Below, in pieces: positions 63,090 through 64,000 of a stretch of DNA of 64,000 nucleotides. The stretch covers positions 2,728,001-2,792,000 of the forward strand of contig JAYWIR010000013.1 in assembly GCA_036172245.1 (NCBI GenBank), given 5' to 3'. A program made the translations under genes and the position numbers. The notes beneath the pieces were generated by a model that did no database searches, was not told the origin of the DNA, and saw only the letters and a program-made list of their open reading frames with translations. The stretch is from Raillietiella orientalis (Eukaryota). The stretch's first letter is position 1. The number at the start of each line of letters is the position of its first letter.

Positions 63090-64000
63090 CGCAATGGACG
63101 ATGCTCTCGACAAGGAAAGCGGTCAACTTCCCGGGTCACGTGTAGCCAACATATGGACCCAGATCCGAAAAGCATCTTCATCAAAAGGTCTCCAGCAGCA
63201 AAGGCTAAAACTTGTGGGGGCGCGGACGACTCGGGAGGTCACGGACGCCGCGACCCCGAGTATCCCACCCCACGGGCTTGTACCTTGGGGAGAGATGCTC
63301 GACATCCCTGCGGAAGAGATGAAGTGGACCCCAGAGTGCTGGAGCAGTGGCGCCCTCAAGTGGAAGAAGTCGGCGTTGCTGGTGCTGCATGGGGGAACCC
63401 CGTGCAAAGCGCGCCTTTACAATGGACACGGGGGGGGGGGGGAGGAGGGGGTCACGGATGCTCGGTGCGACAGGTTCTGGAAGAAGGAGACTACCCCGCA
63501 CCTGCTGTTGGACTGCGCTGCCCTCCGACTCCTTTGGGGTGAGCGGCCCCAGGGGCGTTTGGAAACGCCTCTTCGCGCGTGCCGCTCTGCCACCACCAGC
63601 CGCGTCCCTCGCAGTTCTCTGCTGCGTCCGCGGAATCTTAGACAGCCTGGAGCGCGGGAATAAGATGCCAGAACGGCAGGGACGCCATCCACCGGGCACG
63701 GACCTTCCTGAGGACCTCCTCGAGATGGGCGCTATCCGGACACAACTTGCCAGCTTCAGGTGAACAGCTGATGCAGAGGATGCCTGGCAGCGTCCCGTGA
63801 TCCCTTCCTCGATTCTCCCCCTCCCTCTCCTCGCATGAATTCCCCTCCCCCGTTTTGCTTGTTTACTTTTTGTGCGTTTCGCTTTCGCCTCTCCCCCGCG
63901 CTGCCGAGGCGGACATCGCCGGCCTGCGCACCGCTCAACGGCGGGCTCACTGCGCGTGGCAGAACCGACGGCTATGCCACCACACAAATGCACTTTTGTT
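63090..64000 (+). mobile_element. LINE 3' fragment running off the window end
   Basis: LKWKKSALLVLHGGTPCKARL..RCDRFWKKETTPHLLLDCAAL. Confidence 0.85.

Noticed and set aside
1..64000. CRISPR array, prokaryotic operon or retron-like system
   Set aside because: There are no regularly spaced repeats or dense gene packing, and all RT remnants fit eukaryotic LINEs.

Overview
This is eukaryotic, probably arthropod, repeat-rich genomic DNA. The taxon is inferred from the TE families, microsatellites and splice-site-like signals. There is no operon structure, RNA gene cluster or CRISPR array, and nearly all ORFs in the supplied track are spurious. The window is dominated by about 20 decayed, mostly 5'-truncated copies of a non-LTR retrotransposon of L1/Tx1 type on both strands (RT KYLG motif, xGLG motif, C-terminal CxxC..ET..HLL.DC zinc finger). 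It also contains a decayed piggyBac (3753-5473), a fold-back mariner MITE made of two 3' halves (27277-28099), and a tRNA-headed SINE-like element at three loci. Exon-like fragments of unidentified host genes or pseudogenes are scattered between the repeats. The most notable patterns are four. (i) The LINE copies end not in poly(A) but in AATAAA-CG-CCCGG-N5-CCGGG-T-GAAA, with a conserved stem and variable loop, and a second, covarying hairpin lies upstream. (ii) The SINE-like element has two B-boxes and conserved cUUCGg tetraloops. (iii) Near-identical patches of ~300 bp sit inside otherwise old sequence and look like gene conversion or templated copying. (iv) Some LINE copies appear internally deleted. 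Most element boundaries are approximate and read by eye, and no intact identifiable protein-coding gene was found.
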